64,000 nucleotides of DNA. It comes from Leucoraja erinacea. Lineage: Eukaryota. The stretch is from assembly GCF_028641065.1 (NCBI RefSeq), contig NC_073406.1:3844001-3908000 (forward strand), in the 5' to 3' direction. Numbering within the stretch: position 1 is the stretch's first letter; each line of letters opens with the position of its first letter. The notes under the pieces were generated by a model. It saw only the letters and a program-made list of their open reading frames with translations, searched no databases and was not told the DNA's origin. The position numbers and the translations under genes were made by a program. Positions 21,501 to 46,100 of the stretch are shown here, piece by piece.

Positions 21501-23951
21501 TATGCTCTATTTGTGTATGCTTATAAGATTTGTGTTCACATGGTTTTAAATAATAAGGTTATTTCCTGTATAAATACTATCTAGGGGAGGTATATTTGTG
21601 TTTATCTATCAGTGGCTATCCATACACAGCCTATGGGTCTACACACACACACACACATTAGCTGAAGCATAACTGGAATCGAAGTTTATACTCCAGTTCA
21701 TAACTCTGAATCTGTATTATGGAGCTGAGTTCAGAAAGAACTGCAGATGCTGGTAAAATCAAAGGTAGACATAAAATGCTGGAGAAACTCAGTGGGTGAA
21801 GCAGCATCTATGGAGAAAAGGAATTGGCTCGATATGGAAGTTTTAGTTTAGTTTAGATATAGCGCGGAAACAGGCCCTTCAACCCACCAAGTCCGCGCCG
21901 ATCCCCGCGCACGTACACCATCATACACACACGGGGGGCAACGTACTATTTTATCAAAGCCAATTAACCTACAAACCTGTACGTCTTTAGAGCGTGGGAG
22001 GAAACCGGCACACGTTGTTAGGATCGTGCCCATGACTCTGGCGCTGTAAGGCAGCAAATCTACGGCTGCGCCACCGGTCAAGTCAATGGATATTTTTAAG
22101 GCAGAAATATGGTGGTAAATCTGTGGAATTCATTGTGACAGATGGCTGTGGAGGACAAGTCATTGGGTATTTTGAAGGCGGAGATTGATATGTTCAAGTT
22201 CAAGTGAGTCTATTGTCATGTGTCCCTGTATAGGACAATGAAATTCTTGCTTTGCTTCAGTACCCAGAACATAGTAGGCATTTACTACAAAACAGATAAG
22301 TGTATCCATATACCACGATATAAATATATACACACATGATTAGTACGGGTGGCCCATTTCCACTCCTGGAATTTATGAACCAGTGTGCCTGGATCATAGA
22401 AACATAGAAAATAGGTGCAGGAGTAGGCCATTCGGCCCTTCCAGCCTGCACCGCCATTCAAAATGATCATGGCTGATCATCCAACTCAGTATCCTGTACC
22501 TGCCATCTCTCCATACCCCTGATCCCTTTAGCCACAAGGGCCACATCTAACTCCCTCTTAAATATAGCCAATGAACTGGCCTCAACTACCTTCTGTGGCA
22601 GAGAGTTCCAGAGATTCACCACTCTGTGTGAAAAATGTTTTCCTCATCTCGGTCCTAAAAGATTTCCCCCTTATCCTTAAACTGTGACCCCTTGTTCTGG
22701 ACTTCCCCAACATCGGGAACAATCTTCCTGCATTTAGCCTTTCCAACCCCTTAAGAATTTTGTACGTTTCTACAAGATCCCCCCCCTCAATCTTCTAAAT
22801 TCTAGCGAGTAAAAGCCGAGTCTATCCAATTTTTCTTCATATGAATGTCCTGCCATCCCAGGAATCAGTCTGGAGAACCTTCTCTGTACTCCCTCTATGG
22901 CAAGAATGTCCTTCCTCAGATTAGGAGGAGACCAAAACTGTACGCAATACTCCAGGTGTGGTCTCACCAAGGCCCTGTACAACTGCAGTAGAACCTGTGT
23001 TATACTCAAGAAGGAACTGCAGATGCTGGAAAATCGAAGGTAGACACAAATGCTGGAGAAACTCAGCGGGTGCAGCAGACTTTGCCTCCATCACAGTGAG
23101 GATGTGTGCTTGGTGAACTCACTGTGGTGGATGTTTAATTTCTGTTTATTGTCTGTTTTGTTATTATTGATTCTGTGTATGACTGCAGGCAACATAATTT
23201 CGTTCAGACCAAAAGGTCTGAATGACAATAAAGGAATCTAATCTAATCTAATCAATGGATCGAAGGAAATATTCGGGCCGAAACCCTTCTTCAGACTGAA
23301 CCTGCAATAGAACCTAGGGTACACAAAAATGCTGGAGAAACTCAGCGGGTGCAGCAGAATCTATGGATCGAAGGAAATATTCGGGCCGAAACCCTTCCTC
23401 AGACTGAACTGCAATAGAACCTAGGGTAGACAAAAATGCTGGAGAAACTCAGCGGGTGCAGCAGCATCAGATTCAGATCCAATTTTAATTGTCATTGTCA
23501 GTGTACAGTACAGAGACAACGAAATGCATCTATGGAGCGAAGGAAATATTCGGGCCGAAACCCTTCTTCAGACTGTTAAAGAGGGAACTGCAGATGCTGG
23601 AGAATCGAAGGTTACACAGAAAAGCTGGAGAAACTCAGCGGGTGCAGCAGCATCTATGGAGCGAAGGAAATAGGCAACGTTTCGGGCCGAAACCCTTCTT
23701 CAGTCTGAACTGCAATAGAACCTGCCTGCTCCTACACTCAAATCCTTTTGCTATGAACCAGTGTGCCTGGATCCTGGATCCTCAGCTTGTGGAGGCCCCT
23801 GACTTGGTCTCACCTGGCTCTCGGCGGCGGGGATGTTGCTCTCCATCTCGCAGAGCGCCCGGAAGGTGTTGAGCTGGAGGCCGCAGTCCACCTGCAGGGT
23901 GAAGGTGATCTCGCTCAGGTCGCGCCGCACACAGTACACGGTGAGCAACAT
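8430..23951 (-). CDS. DDI2: DNA damage-inducible 1 homolog 2 (UBL-HDD-retroviral-like aspartic protease-UIM), 409 aa; coding exons 23814-23951, 15555-15684, 14774-15040, 14146-14272, 12705-12832, 10991-11119, 10438-10541, 9714-9903, 8430-8446
   Basis: Translations match vertebrate DDI2 ([14 protein letters not shown]..., [66 protein letters not shown]). All introns are GT-AG and phases are consistent; total 1230 nt. Confidence 0.97.
9432..9520. repeat. (GT)n/(GC)n microsatellite in DDI2 intron 8
   Basis: About 40 GT units followed by gcgcgcg. Confidence 0.95.
9714..9903 (-). CDS. DDI2: DDI2 exon 8 (end of protease domain plus UIM)
   Basis: [36 protein letters not shown]...[19 protein letters not shown]; ends in phase 1 (G|gtaact). 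Confidence 0.96.
10438..10541 (-). CDS. DDI2: DDI2 exon 7
   Basis: [34 protein letters not shown], donor gtaaga. Confidence 0.97.
10991..11119 (-). CDS. DDI2: DDI2 exon 6
   Basis: [42 protein letters not shown], donor gtgagt. Confidence 0.97.
12705..12832 (-). CDS. DDI2: DDI2 exon 5 (protease domain, catalytic Asp of DSG)
   Basis: [43 protein letters not shown], donor gtgagt. Confidence 0.97.
13066..13628 (-). mobile_element. Penelope-like element 3' part: GIY-YIG endonuclease, 3' UTR and hammerhead-bearing terminus
   Basis: [28 protein letters not shown]...HLRSV...VAQHF...[15 protein letters not shown]. Confidence 0.9.
13640..13855 (+). mobile_element. Penelope-like reverse transcriptase fragment, inverted relative to the adjacent GIY-YIG part
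   Basis: [16 protein letters not shown]...[15 protein letters not shown], typical of PLE RT. Confidence 0.8.
14146..14272 (-). CDS. DDI2: DDI2 exon 4 (helical domain)
   Basis: [41 protein letters not shown]; absent from the ORF track, read on the minus strand. Confidence 0.95.
14774..15040 (-). CDS. DDI2: DDI2 exon 3
   Basis: [12 protein letters not shown]...[36 protein letters not shown]; ag/gt flanks. Confidence 0.95.
15555..15684 (-). CDS. DDI2: DDI2 exon 2 (UBL C-terminal half)
   Basis: tttcag|[30 protein letters not shown]...; an alternative in-frame donor 9 nt downstream would end the exon at 15546. Confidence 0.9.
16233..17525 (+). mobile_element. Rex1/Babar-type non-LTR retrotransposon, 5'-truncated, disabled RT
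   Basis: [14 protein letters not shown]...[12 protein letters not shown]; [17 protein letters not shown]; [12 protein letters not shown]; FRFLGVHI...AQQRLHFLR...[19 protein letters not shown]. One frameshift near 16490 and a TAG at 16694-16696. Confidence 0.88.
22396..23751 (-). mobile_element. CR1 fragment with nested Penelope-terminus array and another retroposon tail, flanked by a 22-bp direct repeat
   Basis: CR1 ORF2 C-terminus at 22396-22995 resumes at 23708-23751; TATGAACCAGTGTGCCTGGATC at 22374-22395 and 23752-23773. Confidence 0.85.
23814..23951 (-). CDS. DDI2: DDI2 exon 1 (UBL N-terminal half)
   Basis: gccATG start, [46 protein letters not shown], donor CAG|gtgaga. Confidence 0.96.
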
Positions 23952-24300
23952 GGCGGGCGGGCGGGCCGGCGGGCCGGCACCGACACTCCCTCAACACACA
24001 CACACACCGGGCCCAGCCAAATCCCGGCCCCAGCAGCGCCTGGATAAACCTTCCTCCTCCTTCCCCTCACACACGGCGCCTTCTCCGTCCGCACCGCCCG
24101 CCCGCCCCAGCCTCACTCAACTCAGTCGCAAAAACGTCGCAAAGCAGCCGCCACACTGCCGCAAAGTAGCCGCCACACTGCCGCAAAGCAGCCGCCACAC
24201 TGCCGCAAAGCAGCCGCCACACTGCCGCAAAGCCACACAGCACACACACACACACACACGTGTCTCAATGTGTCACAAAGACGCGCCATCTTGATGAGGG
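23952..24300 (-). promoter_or_regulatory. DDI2 CpG-rich 5'UTR/promoter
   Basis: CpG-dense, GC boxes near 24095-24108, YY1-like CGCCATCTT at 24284-24292, 22-bp tandem repeat at 24138-24233. Confidence 0.7.
24138..24233. repeat. 22-bp tandem repeat CGCAAAGCAGCCGCCACACTGC, about 4.4 copies
   Basis: Direct inspection. Confidence 0.9.
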
Positions 24301-26358
24301 ACTCGGGCAGAAGCCAAGTGGTGCTGGATGGATAGATGGATGGATTGGAGAAACTCAACATAATAATAATAAAAAAAATAATAATAATAATAATAAAAAT
24401 AAATGGATGGATTGGAGAAACTCAGCATAATAATAGATAATAATAATAATAATAGAGATTTAGTGTGCAGCTTCCAACCGATGTAAAAGAAGAGTAAAAT
24501 AAATAAATAAGCTGTGTGACGTGACCATCCGAGGGAGACAGTCCAGGGGGGGGGGCATCTATGTGGAGAGAAGGAAATAGGCAACGTTTCGGGCCGAAAC
24601 CCTTCCGGGTTTCGGCCCGAAACGTTGCCTATTTCCTATAGTGATGATTGTTCAGCTCTTTGCATGGAGCGAAGGAAACGTTGCCTATTTCCTTCTCTCC
24701 ATAGATGCTGCTCCACCCGCCGAGTTCCTCCAGCATTTCTGTCTACCTTCTACCACCACTCACTTGGTTCTTGGTTTCTTGGTCCTCCAAAATATTCCAA
24801 ATGGAATTTATTTGTAACACTATTTGATACTGATTGACACTAGGCACTGGGATTATTAATTCTGCATTAAAACCACTCAAACATCATCAATCTATCAATT
24901 CGGGTATAGAAACATAGAAAATAGGTGCAGGAGTAGGCCATTCGGCCCTACGACCATTCAATATGATCATCCAACTGAGTATCCCATACCTGCCTTCTCT
25001 CCATACCCCCTGATCCCTTTAGCCATAAGGGCCACATCTAACTCCCTCTTAAATACTTTCATTAAATACTTAAATTCTTTCTTTGTGTTTATTGTTCAGT
25101 CATGAAAGTCCAGTGTTTTATTGTCATATGTACCAAGGGTCCTCCTGATTAAATTTTTTACTGAATGTAGAACTCGTTGTCACCTTTCCCTCAGCCAACA
25201 ATGAAACATTCTACATTTTTCTTTGACAAAAGTCCCCTTTGATGTGTTTTCACACCTTACCCTTCCTTATCTCCATGTCTCCCTCTCCCCCGAGTCTGAG
25301 AAGAAGGGACCCAAAACATTACCCATTCCTTCTCTCCAAATATTCTGCCTGGCCCACTGAGTTACTCCAGCATTTTGTGTCTCTATCGACGATCTGACTG
25401 GATAGCATACAACAAAAAAAGTATTTCACTGTACCTCGGCACACGTGACAATAATAAACTAAACTAAATTGAATTACTTTTGAATTAATAATAAATTAAA
25501 ACATTCAAATGTTTGGTTAGATTGAACCAAATAATTTTGAAAGCTGCCATCTGTGCAGAACAGCACTTGCTTTAACATGAATTTGCAGTTATGGACAGTA
25601 ATGTTCTATCGATACGATACAACTTTATTCATTCTCGGAGGGAAATTAGTCTGGCAGCAGTCATAACACACAAGGTACACAAACTTTAAATAAAAGGTGA
25701 AAAAGACAAAAGCGACTTGGCTGGCTGCCGTGTGCACAGCACCTTCACTGGAACGAACAAATAAACAAACAGGCTTATCCCCTGGGCAGAGAATTCTAAA
25801 ACTGTGCCCACCTCCCCTTCCCCCACACAGGGTCCCCCTTTGTTGTCACCGTCTCTCACGGCAGTCCTCCCACGCCAGGTCCTGCATTTCTCATGAATAA
25901 ATAACATTTTGAAGCTTACGAGGCAAGTTCCAAAGTCTTCCCCTCATTATATTATTTCATAGTAACAAAAAGTATGAAGTAACAAAATTTCCCCCCCGTC
26001 TTGATACACTCTTGACTGTGTCTATTTGAAAAGTGAATTTGGCTTAGATTTAGTTATTCAGCACAGAAATTGACCCTTTAGTCCACCGATCTATGCTGAC
26101 CATTTCCCCCCCCCCCCCCCCCCCCACATTTAATCCCATTTGTTTCCATTAGGACCTTCTATGCTTTTATTTAAGCTGTTCAGAAAACACACGCCATCAC
26201 CCAATCATATTTAGTAGTGATTGTGGTGGACTCATATTGTTGAACACCACGGTACCGTCTCAAAGTAGCAAGGAAAACTAAATTTACACACAAATCTGAT
26301 CACGCTACGTATGGAAAGAGAAGAAGAATCAGAAACAACAGTAAATGGAATGTTAAAC

Positions 26359-26364
26359 TTTATT
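26359..26364 (-). terminator. Probable DDOST polyadenylation signal AATAAA
   Basis: AATAAA on the minus strand about 750 nt after the stop, followed by a GU/U-rich tract (tgttgtttctgattcttct). Confidence 0.6.
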
Positions 26365-27119
26365 TCCAATGGTAAGAAACAGATTGAGAAGTTTAGGTGC
26401 AGAATCAACATAGGTGCCTAATTCCCCTTAACAGGAGTTCTACAGTTCATTTTGCACTGTACAACTGTTGCTTGCAAGATGACAATAAAGGTTGATTGAT
26501 TGATTGATTGATTGATAGGTGCAAAAGAAAAAAGAAGTGTTGGGGAGCATTTTAAAAAGGTGATTTGATAGATCTGAAAATAATGTTCCACTAATTCCTC
26601 TTAACATCATTTACTAAATGGTACGATTCCACCAATGAGACCCCAAGTGGTTATATTGTTTGAAACTGAAGTTGGCCTGATATAAACTTCCAGCATGTGT
26701 CGTTCTGTGTTTCTGGAGCTTTTACTGCCAGTGGTGAAGAAAGACCAGGAATTATTTACATTTTCCCTGTTATTTTACCAAGGATTTGATTCTCTTTTTC
26801 CAAAATGGAAAATAACACCAACATTTCAGGCAATTAACTTTTTTTTTTGTTTTTTAATTTTTTAAACCAAGTTATTTTGTTCTACAGTCCAATGAAAATC
26901 AACACTAAAATTGATGCTCCCACTACTTTCTGCGACCTGCAGTTCACGGCTAGCCTCTGATCAACGGAGGGATCTCAATAAGTGGGATTTGTAGTTTAGT
27001 TGCACCCGAGATGGCAGCAGCTCTGGAAAAGTGTGAATTTGAAACCGTCGTTCACCGTTATTAACCCACTTAAATTCTCAGCATTGGAGACACCAAGAAT
27101 TGACACCCTCGCCAATCCC

Positions 27120-41477
<14,358 letters not shown>

Positions 41478-41573
41478 CTCCAGCGCCGTCACCACCAGCA
41501 AGACCGGATCCGGAAGCAGCCCACCGCTTCCCCTCCCCCCCCCCACACCCAAAGATGCTACAGCGGATAATAC

Positions 41574-41609
41574 CAAAGATACTAGAGGAGCTCGGCTCTA
41601 TAATCTTTG
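41574..41609. mobile_element. 36-bp palindromic hAT-like mini-insertion
   Basis: CAAAGAT...ATCTTTG termini, 8-bp TSD GATAATAC (41566-41573, 41610-41617). Confidence 0.75.
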
Positions 41610-42532
41610 GATAATACAAAATCAACTCAAACACAACACATGAGCTATTTAAAAATAAATGATTTTTAAAAAAACATTAAAAAAAAAAGAAAATTACCAG
41701 AGTCAAAATGTATAAACATTTTATTCTTTAACAAGAATTGACAGAATTACGAACTAACGGATTTATGATGTTTTCCAGAAGGAACTGCGCATACTTAACA
41801 GATTTATGAATCTAGCCCTATAATCACACACACCCCGCAACGTTGATTACACTGCGAGGCGGGTCGGGTCCGGTTACTAAAATGGACGACAACAGGGCCC
41901 ATGTTCCGCTCCTATGGGTACTACACGTCAGCCCATTGCGTTTAGCATGAGTGGTCTATCGCGGTATATTCACTTTATCGTCATTATTATCGGTCCTCAA
42001 CATTATTGATCGCTAAACTCCGTCACTGGGTAAAATAAAAATTTAAAAAAAGCACCGTGGCTTCTCAAATCTAACCAATCAGCAGAGGCCAACTTGCCAC
42101 TGGGTCCAATTTACAGCGGGGAAAGACGCCCCCCGACAACCCGGGTCTCATCAAAGGTTCCCAACCCAGGGCAAGGAAGAAACAGAGTGAAGTGTGCGCA
42201 TGTGTGGGGCCTTCAACCAGCAACGCCTGCCGAAGTTTCCAGCCGCTGTGAAGATTTTTTTTTTTTAGTTTAATTCTTTATTTCGAACAGAATAAAAGAA
42301 TAAAAAAGTAAGTGTGAAACAGCATACAAAAAAACAAAACAAGAATATTTATAAAGTGTCTACACTTATGCCAAATATCCGAGTATGAAAATGGCCATAA
42401 CTTTTTTAATACTGAAGATATGAAAGTGAATTAGGTGTCAAATTAAACTTATTTTTATGCTTTATCTGATTTTTAAAATCTCAACATTTTGTAACATTGC
42501 TTTGATTGCTACTGTGAGTGGGTCAAATCTGC

Positions 42533-42944
42533 GCAGCCATCTTGGGTGGGTCGCAGCCGCGCAGCCATCTTGGGTGGGTCACAGCCGCGCAGCCATCGTG
42601 GGTGGGTCACAGCCGCGCAGCCATCTTGGGTGGGTCACAGCCGCGCAGCCATCTTGGGTGGGTCACAGCCGCGCGGCCATCGTGGGTGGGTCACAGCCTA
42701 TTTCCTTCGCTCCATAGATGCTGCTGCACCCGCTGAGTTTCTCCAGCTTTTCTGTGTAACCTTCAGCTGCGCAGCCATCTTGGGTGGGTCACAGTCTGCG
42801 CAGCTATCTTGGGTGGGTCACAGCCGCGCAGCCATCTTGAGTGGGTCACAACCGCGCAGCTATTCTTGAGTGGGTCACGGCCGCGCAGCCATCTTGGGTG
42901 GGTCACAGCCGCGCAGCCATCTTGAGTGGGTCACGGCCGCGCAG
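42533..42944. repeat. 28-bp minisatellite (GCAGCCATCTTGGGTGGGTCACAGCCGC), about 12 copies, split by a Penelope-terminus fragment at 42696-42764
   Basis: Direct inspection: 6 + 6 units. Confidence 0.95.
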
Positions 42945-42984
42945 ACCCGATCCCCAGGCAGGCAGATCGGGGCGCATCGCCAAG

Positions 42985-43116
42985 ATGGAAGAGAGTCAGA
43001 GAAGATTGCTACAGAAACACCGCGTCAAGCTGGTGACCGACCTGCAACCCGAACTCCTCTACAGCCGATTGCTGGAGAAAGGCATTTTCACCAAGGACAT
43101 GATGGAGGAAGTGGAG
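42985..43116 (+). CDS. CASP9: CASP9 exon 1 (CARD)
   Basis: aagATGG; [44 protein letters not shown]|gtgtga. Confidence 0.92.
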
Positions 43117-46100
43117 GTGTGAGAGGGAGTGGGCCCTGAGAGGGGCTGGGGCCACCGGCAAGTTTCACTCACTCTCCCCGCTCCTTTAACTGCTTCATTT
43201 CTCAGGACATTCCGAGTGATGTACAGGAATAAGATAGAAACATAGAAATTAGGTGCAGGAGTAGAGGCCATTCGAGCCTGCACCGCCATTCAATATGATC
43301 ATGGCTGATCATCCAACTCAGTATCCCGTACCTGCCTTCTTTCCATACCCCTGATTGATCTGTCCACAAGGACCACATCTACATCCTCTTAAATATAGCC
43401 ACAACTGGCCTCACTTTACCCTCTGTGGCGAGAGTTCCAGAGATGAACTCTCTGTAAAAAAAGCTTCTCAGCTCGATTTCAAACAACACCCTCTTATCCT
43501 TAAGCTCCCCTTATCCGGACTTCCCCAACATCGGGAACAATCTTCCTGCATCTAGTGTCCAACTTCGTGTAAATAAGATAGTCCCTGGCCTCGGTTGCTA
43601 TTGCTAAGTAAATAAATAAAACACTCCAGCGCCACAGACCCACCTATCACTTTCCCCTCAGCCAACATTGAACCATTCAACATTTCCTTTGACCAACGTC
43701 TGCTTTGATCTGTCCTTTTCACACCGTACATTCTCTTTATACTTTTCCACATTGTCCACTTTCCCTCTCCCGCGACTGTCATAAATGAATCTAGTAAGCT
43801 ATTCAGCTGTATCAAACAACAACCAACTCCTTCTCTCCAAAGATGAGAGATGAGATGAGTTACTGCCATTTTGTGTCACTATACATGTACAGTGAAACTG
43901 AATCTGCAGTTACTCAGTGCATACATACAATCGCCTGGCTTTGACACCCTCAAAAAACAAGAAACTTTCTTCCAAAACTACAAGGGAGATGCAGGGGTGG
44001 CGTGAAAATGCACAGATCAAGGCGGCGCTACAAGGTACATTTTTGGCTCGGGATGGGGGGGGGGGGGGGCGGAAGGTGATCACGTGGCATGTCAGTGGAA
44101 TTAATTTATAGTGAAACTAGTCTGAGAATTCTGGGAAGCAGCTATGCCTGAGTCTGTTTGTCTGTTTGAGAGATCCACCTATTACTCGCTAGCCCTTTCC
44201 TCCAGGAGCTCCAGTTTCCTCCCACAAGATGTTAATCGGCTTCTGTAAATTGCCCCAAGTGTAGGGAGTGGATGGGGAAATGGTATAATATAGAACTGGC
44301 GTGACTGGGTGATTGATGGCCGATGTGGACTCGGTGGGTGGACTGGTCTGTTTTCATGCTAATCTTTCAAAACTACATGATCATAATTTGACTGTAGAAT
44401 TCAGGCACACGCAGAGACCAGGCACGACGGTTGATAATAGATCTGCAGACTCGTGGGACAAGAGCATTCCCAGCTTTTTTGGAAAGTCTGAATGAAACTG
44501 GACAACGTGGTCTTGCTGATTTACTGGGAAAGGGACTCTCCTTCAAACCCAGCCCCTTCATCCCTGACGTGCCAGTGAAAACATACAGACCCGCGCAGCA
44601 AGACAGACCAAAGACTACTGACCCAGTCCAATGTATGTAAAGAATCTTAAGGAATTTGGTTCTGCATATTTAAGAAATCAATTACTTGATATTTGAATTG
44701 TTTAATTATGTTCTGGGCACTTGATGGGATTTATCCCAGGTTATTAAGAGAAGCAAGAGAGGAGACTTGAGGAGTCTTTGCATCCTCCCTAGCCACATGC
44801 AAGGTCCCAGAAGACTGAAGAGTAACTGAAGTTGTTCCTTTGTTTAAGAAGGGAAATAGAAAGAATCATGGGAATTGTAGGCCGATGAACCTCACATCAA
44901 TGGTAGGGAAGCTGTTGGAGAGGATTCTTCAGGATACAATTTGCTCCCATTTGGAAAAGAATGGGTTCATTTAAGGCAGCCAGTCTGGCTTTGCACAAGG
45001 CAGGTCAAGTCTTATTAACTTGACCAAGTCTTTTGTAGAGGTGACAAAGGGAGATCGATGATGGTAGGGAGGTGGATGTTGTCTGCATGGATTTTAGTAA
45101 GGCATTTGACAAAGTCCCCCATGGTAGGCTGATCCAGAAGATAAAGATGCACAGATTAACAGTGGAGTTGCATGGATTGCTGCTAGAACACAGAGGGTTG
45201 TGGTGGAGGAGCAATATTCAGGCTGGAGATCTGTGACCAGTGGAGCTCCTCAGGGATCTGTGCTGGGACCGATCATGTTTGTTACATCCGTAAATGACTT
45301 GGATGTAAACATAGACAGATTTTATGAAGAAGGGTCTCGACCCGAAACATCACCCACTCCTTCTCACCGGTGATGCTGTCTGATTCGCTGAGTTATCTGG
45401 GTCCAAGGCCTGTCCTGCTGAGTTACTCCAGCATTTTGTGTCTATCTGTGGTTAGTAAGTTTGCAGATGACACCAAGATTGCCAGGGTCATGGACTCTGA
45501 GGAAGGCAGTTAAAGTATATAGCGAGATATAGGTGAGCTTCAGAAATAGGTGGAAAACGGTATTTGGAGTTTAATCTGAACAAGCGTGAGGTGTTGCACT
45601 TTTGTAGGTCAAATGTCAGGGAAAAATATACAATTAATGGCAAGAGACTTAGCAGCATTGGTGTACAGAGTGATCTCGGGGTCCAAGTCTATAACTCCCT
45701 GAGAGTGGCAACACAAGTAGATAGAGTGGTAAAGAAGGCATATGGTATGTTTCTCATCAGTGGAAGGGGCATTGAGTATAAGAATCACTAAGTCACGATG
45801 CAGCCTTTATAGGACTTTGGTTTGGCCGCATTTGGGGTATTGCGTGCAGTTCTGGTCGCCCCATTGCAGAAAAGATGCGGGGCTTTGGAAAGGTTGCAGA
45901 GGAGGTTTCCCAGAATGATATGTGGGTATTAGCTACAGGGAGAGGTTGGACATTGGATTGTTTTCTCTGGAACACTGGAGGTTGAGGGGAGACCTGATAG
46001 AAGTGTACAGAATTATGAGAGCTTAGATAGGGTAGACCGTCAGAACCCCAGAATAGAAATATCAAATACTAAAGGGTATAGCTTCATGTGAGAGGGACAA

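Larger units (their letters stand above)
41478..42984. promoter_or_regulatory. Divergent DDOST/CASP9 promoter interval
   Basis: 1.5 kb between head-to-head ATGs; ETS CCGGAAG 41510-41516, CCAAT 42075-42079, partial NRF1-type TGCGCATG 42195-42202, CpG-rich. Confidence 0.7.

Noticed and set aside
42457-42984. Repetitive ORFs in frame with or upstream of CASP9; array superficially CRISPR-like
   Set aside because: Translations of the 28-bp minisatellite. Units are contiguous with no unique spacers, in a eukaryotic context with no cas genes.
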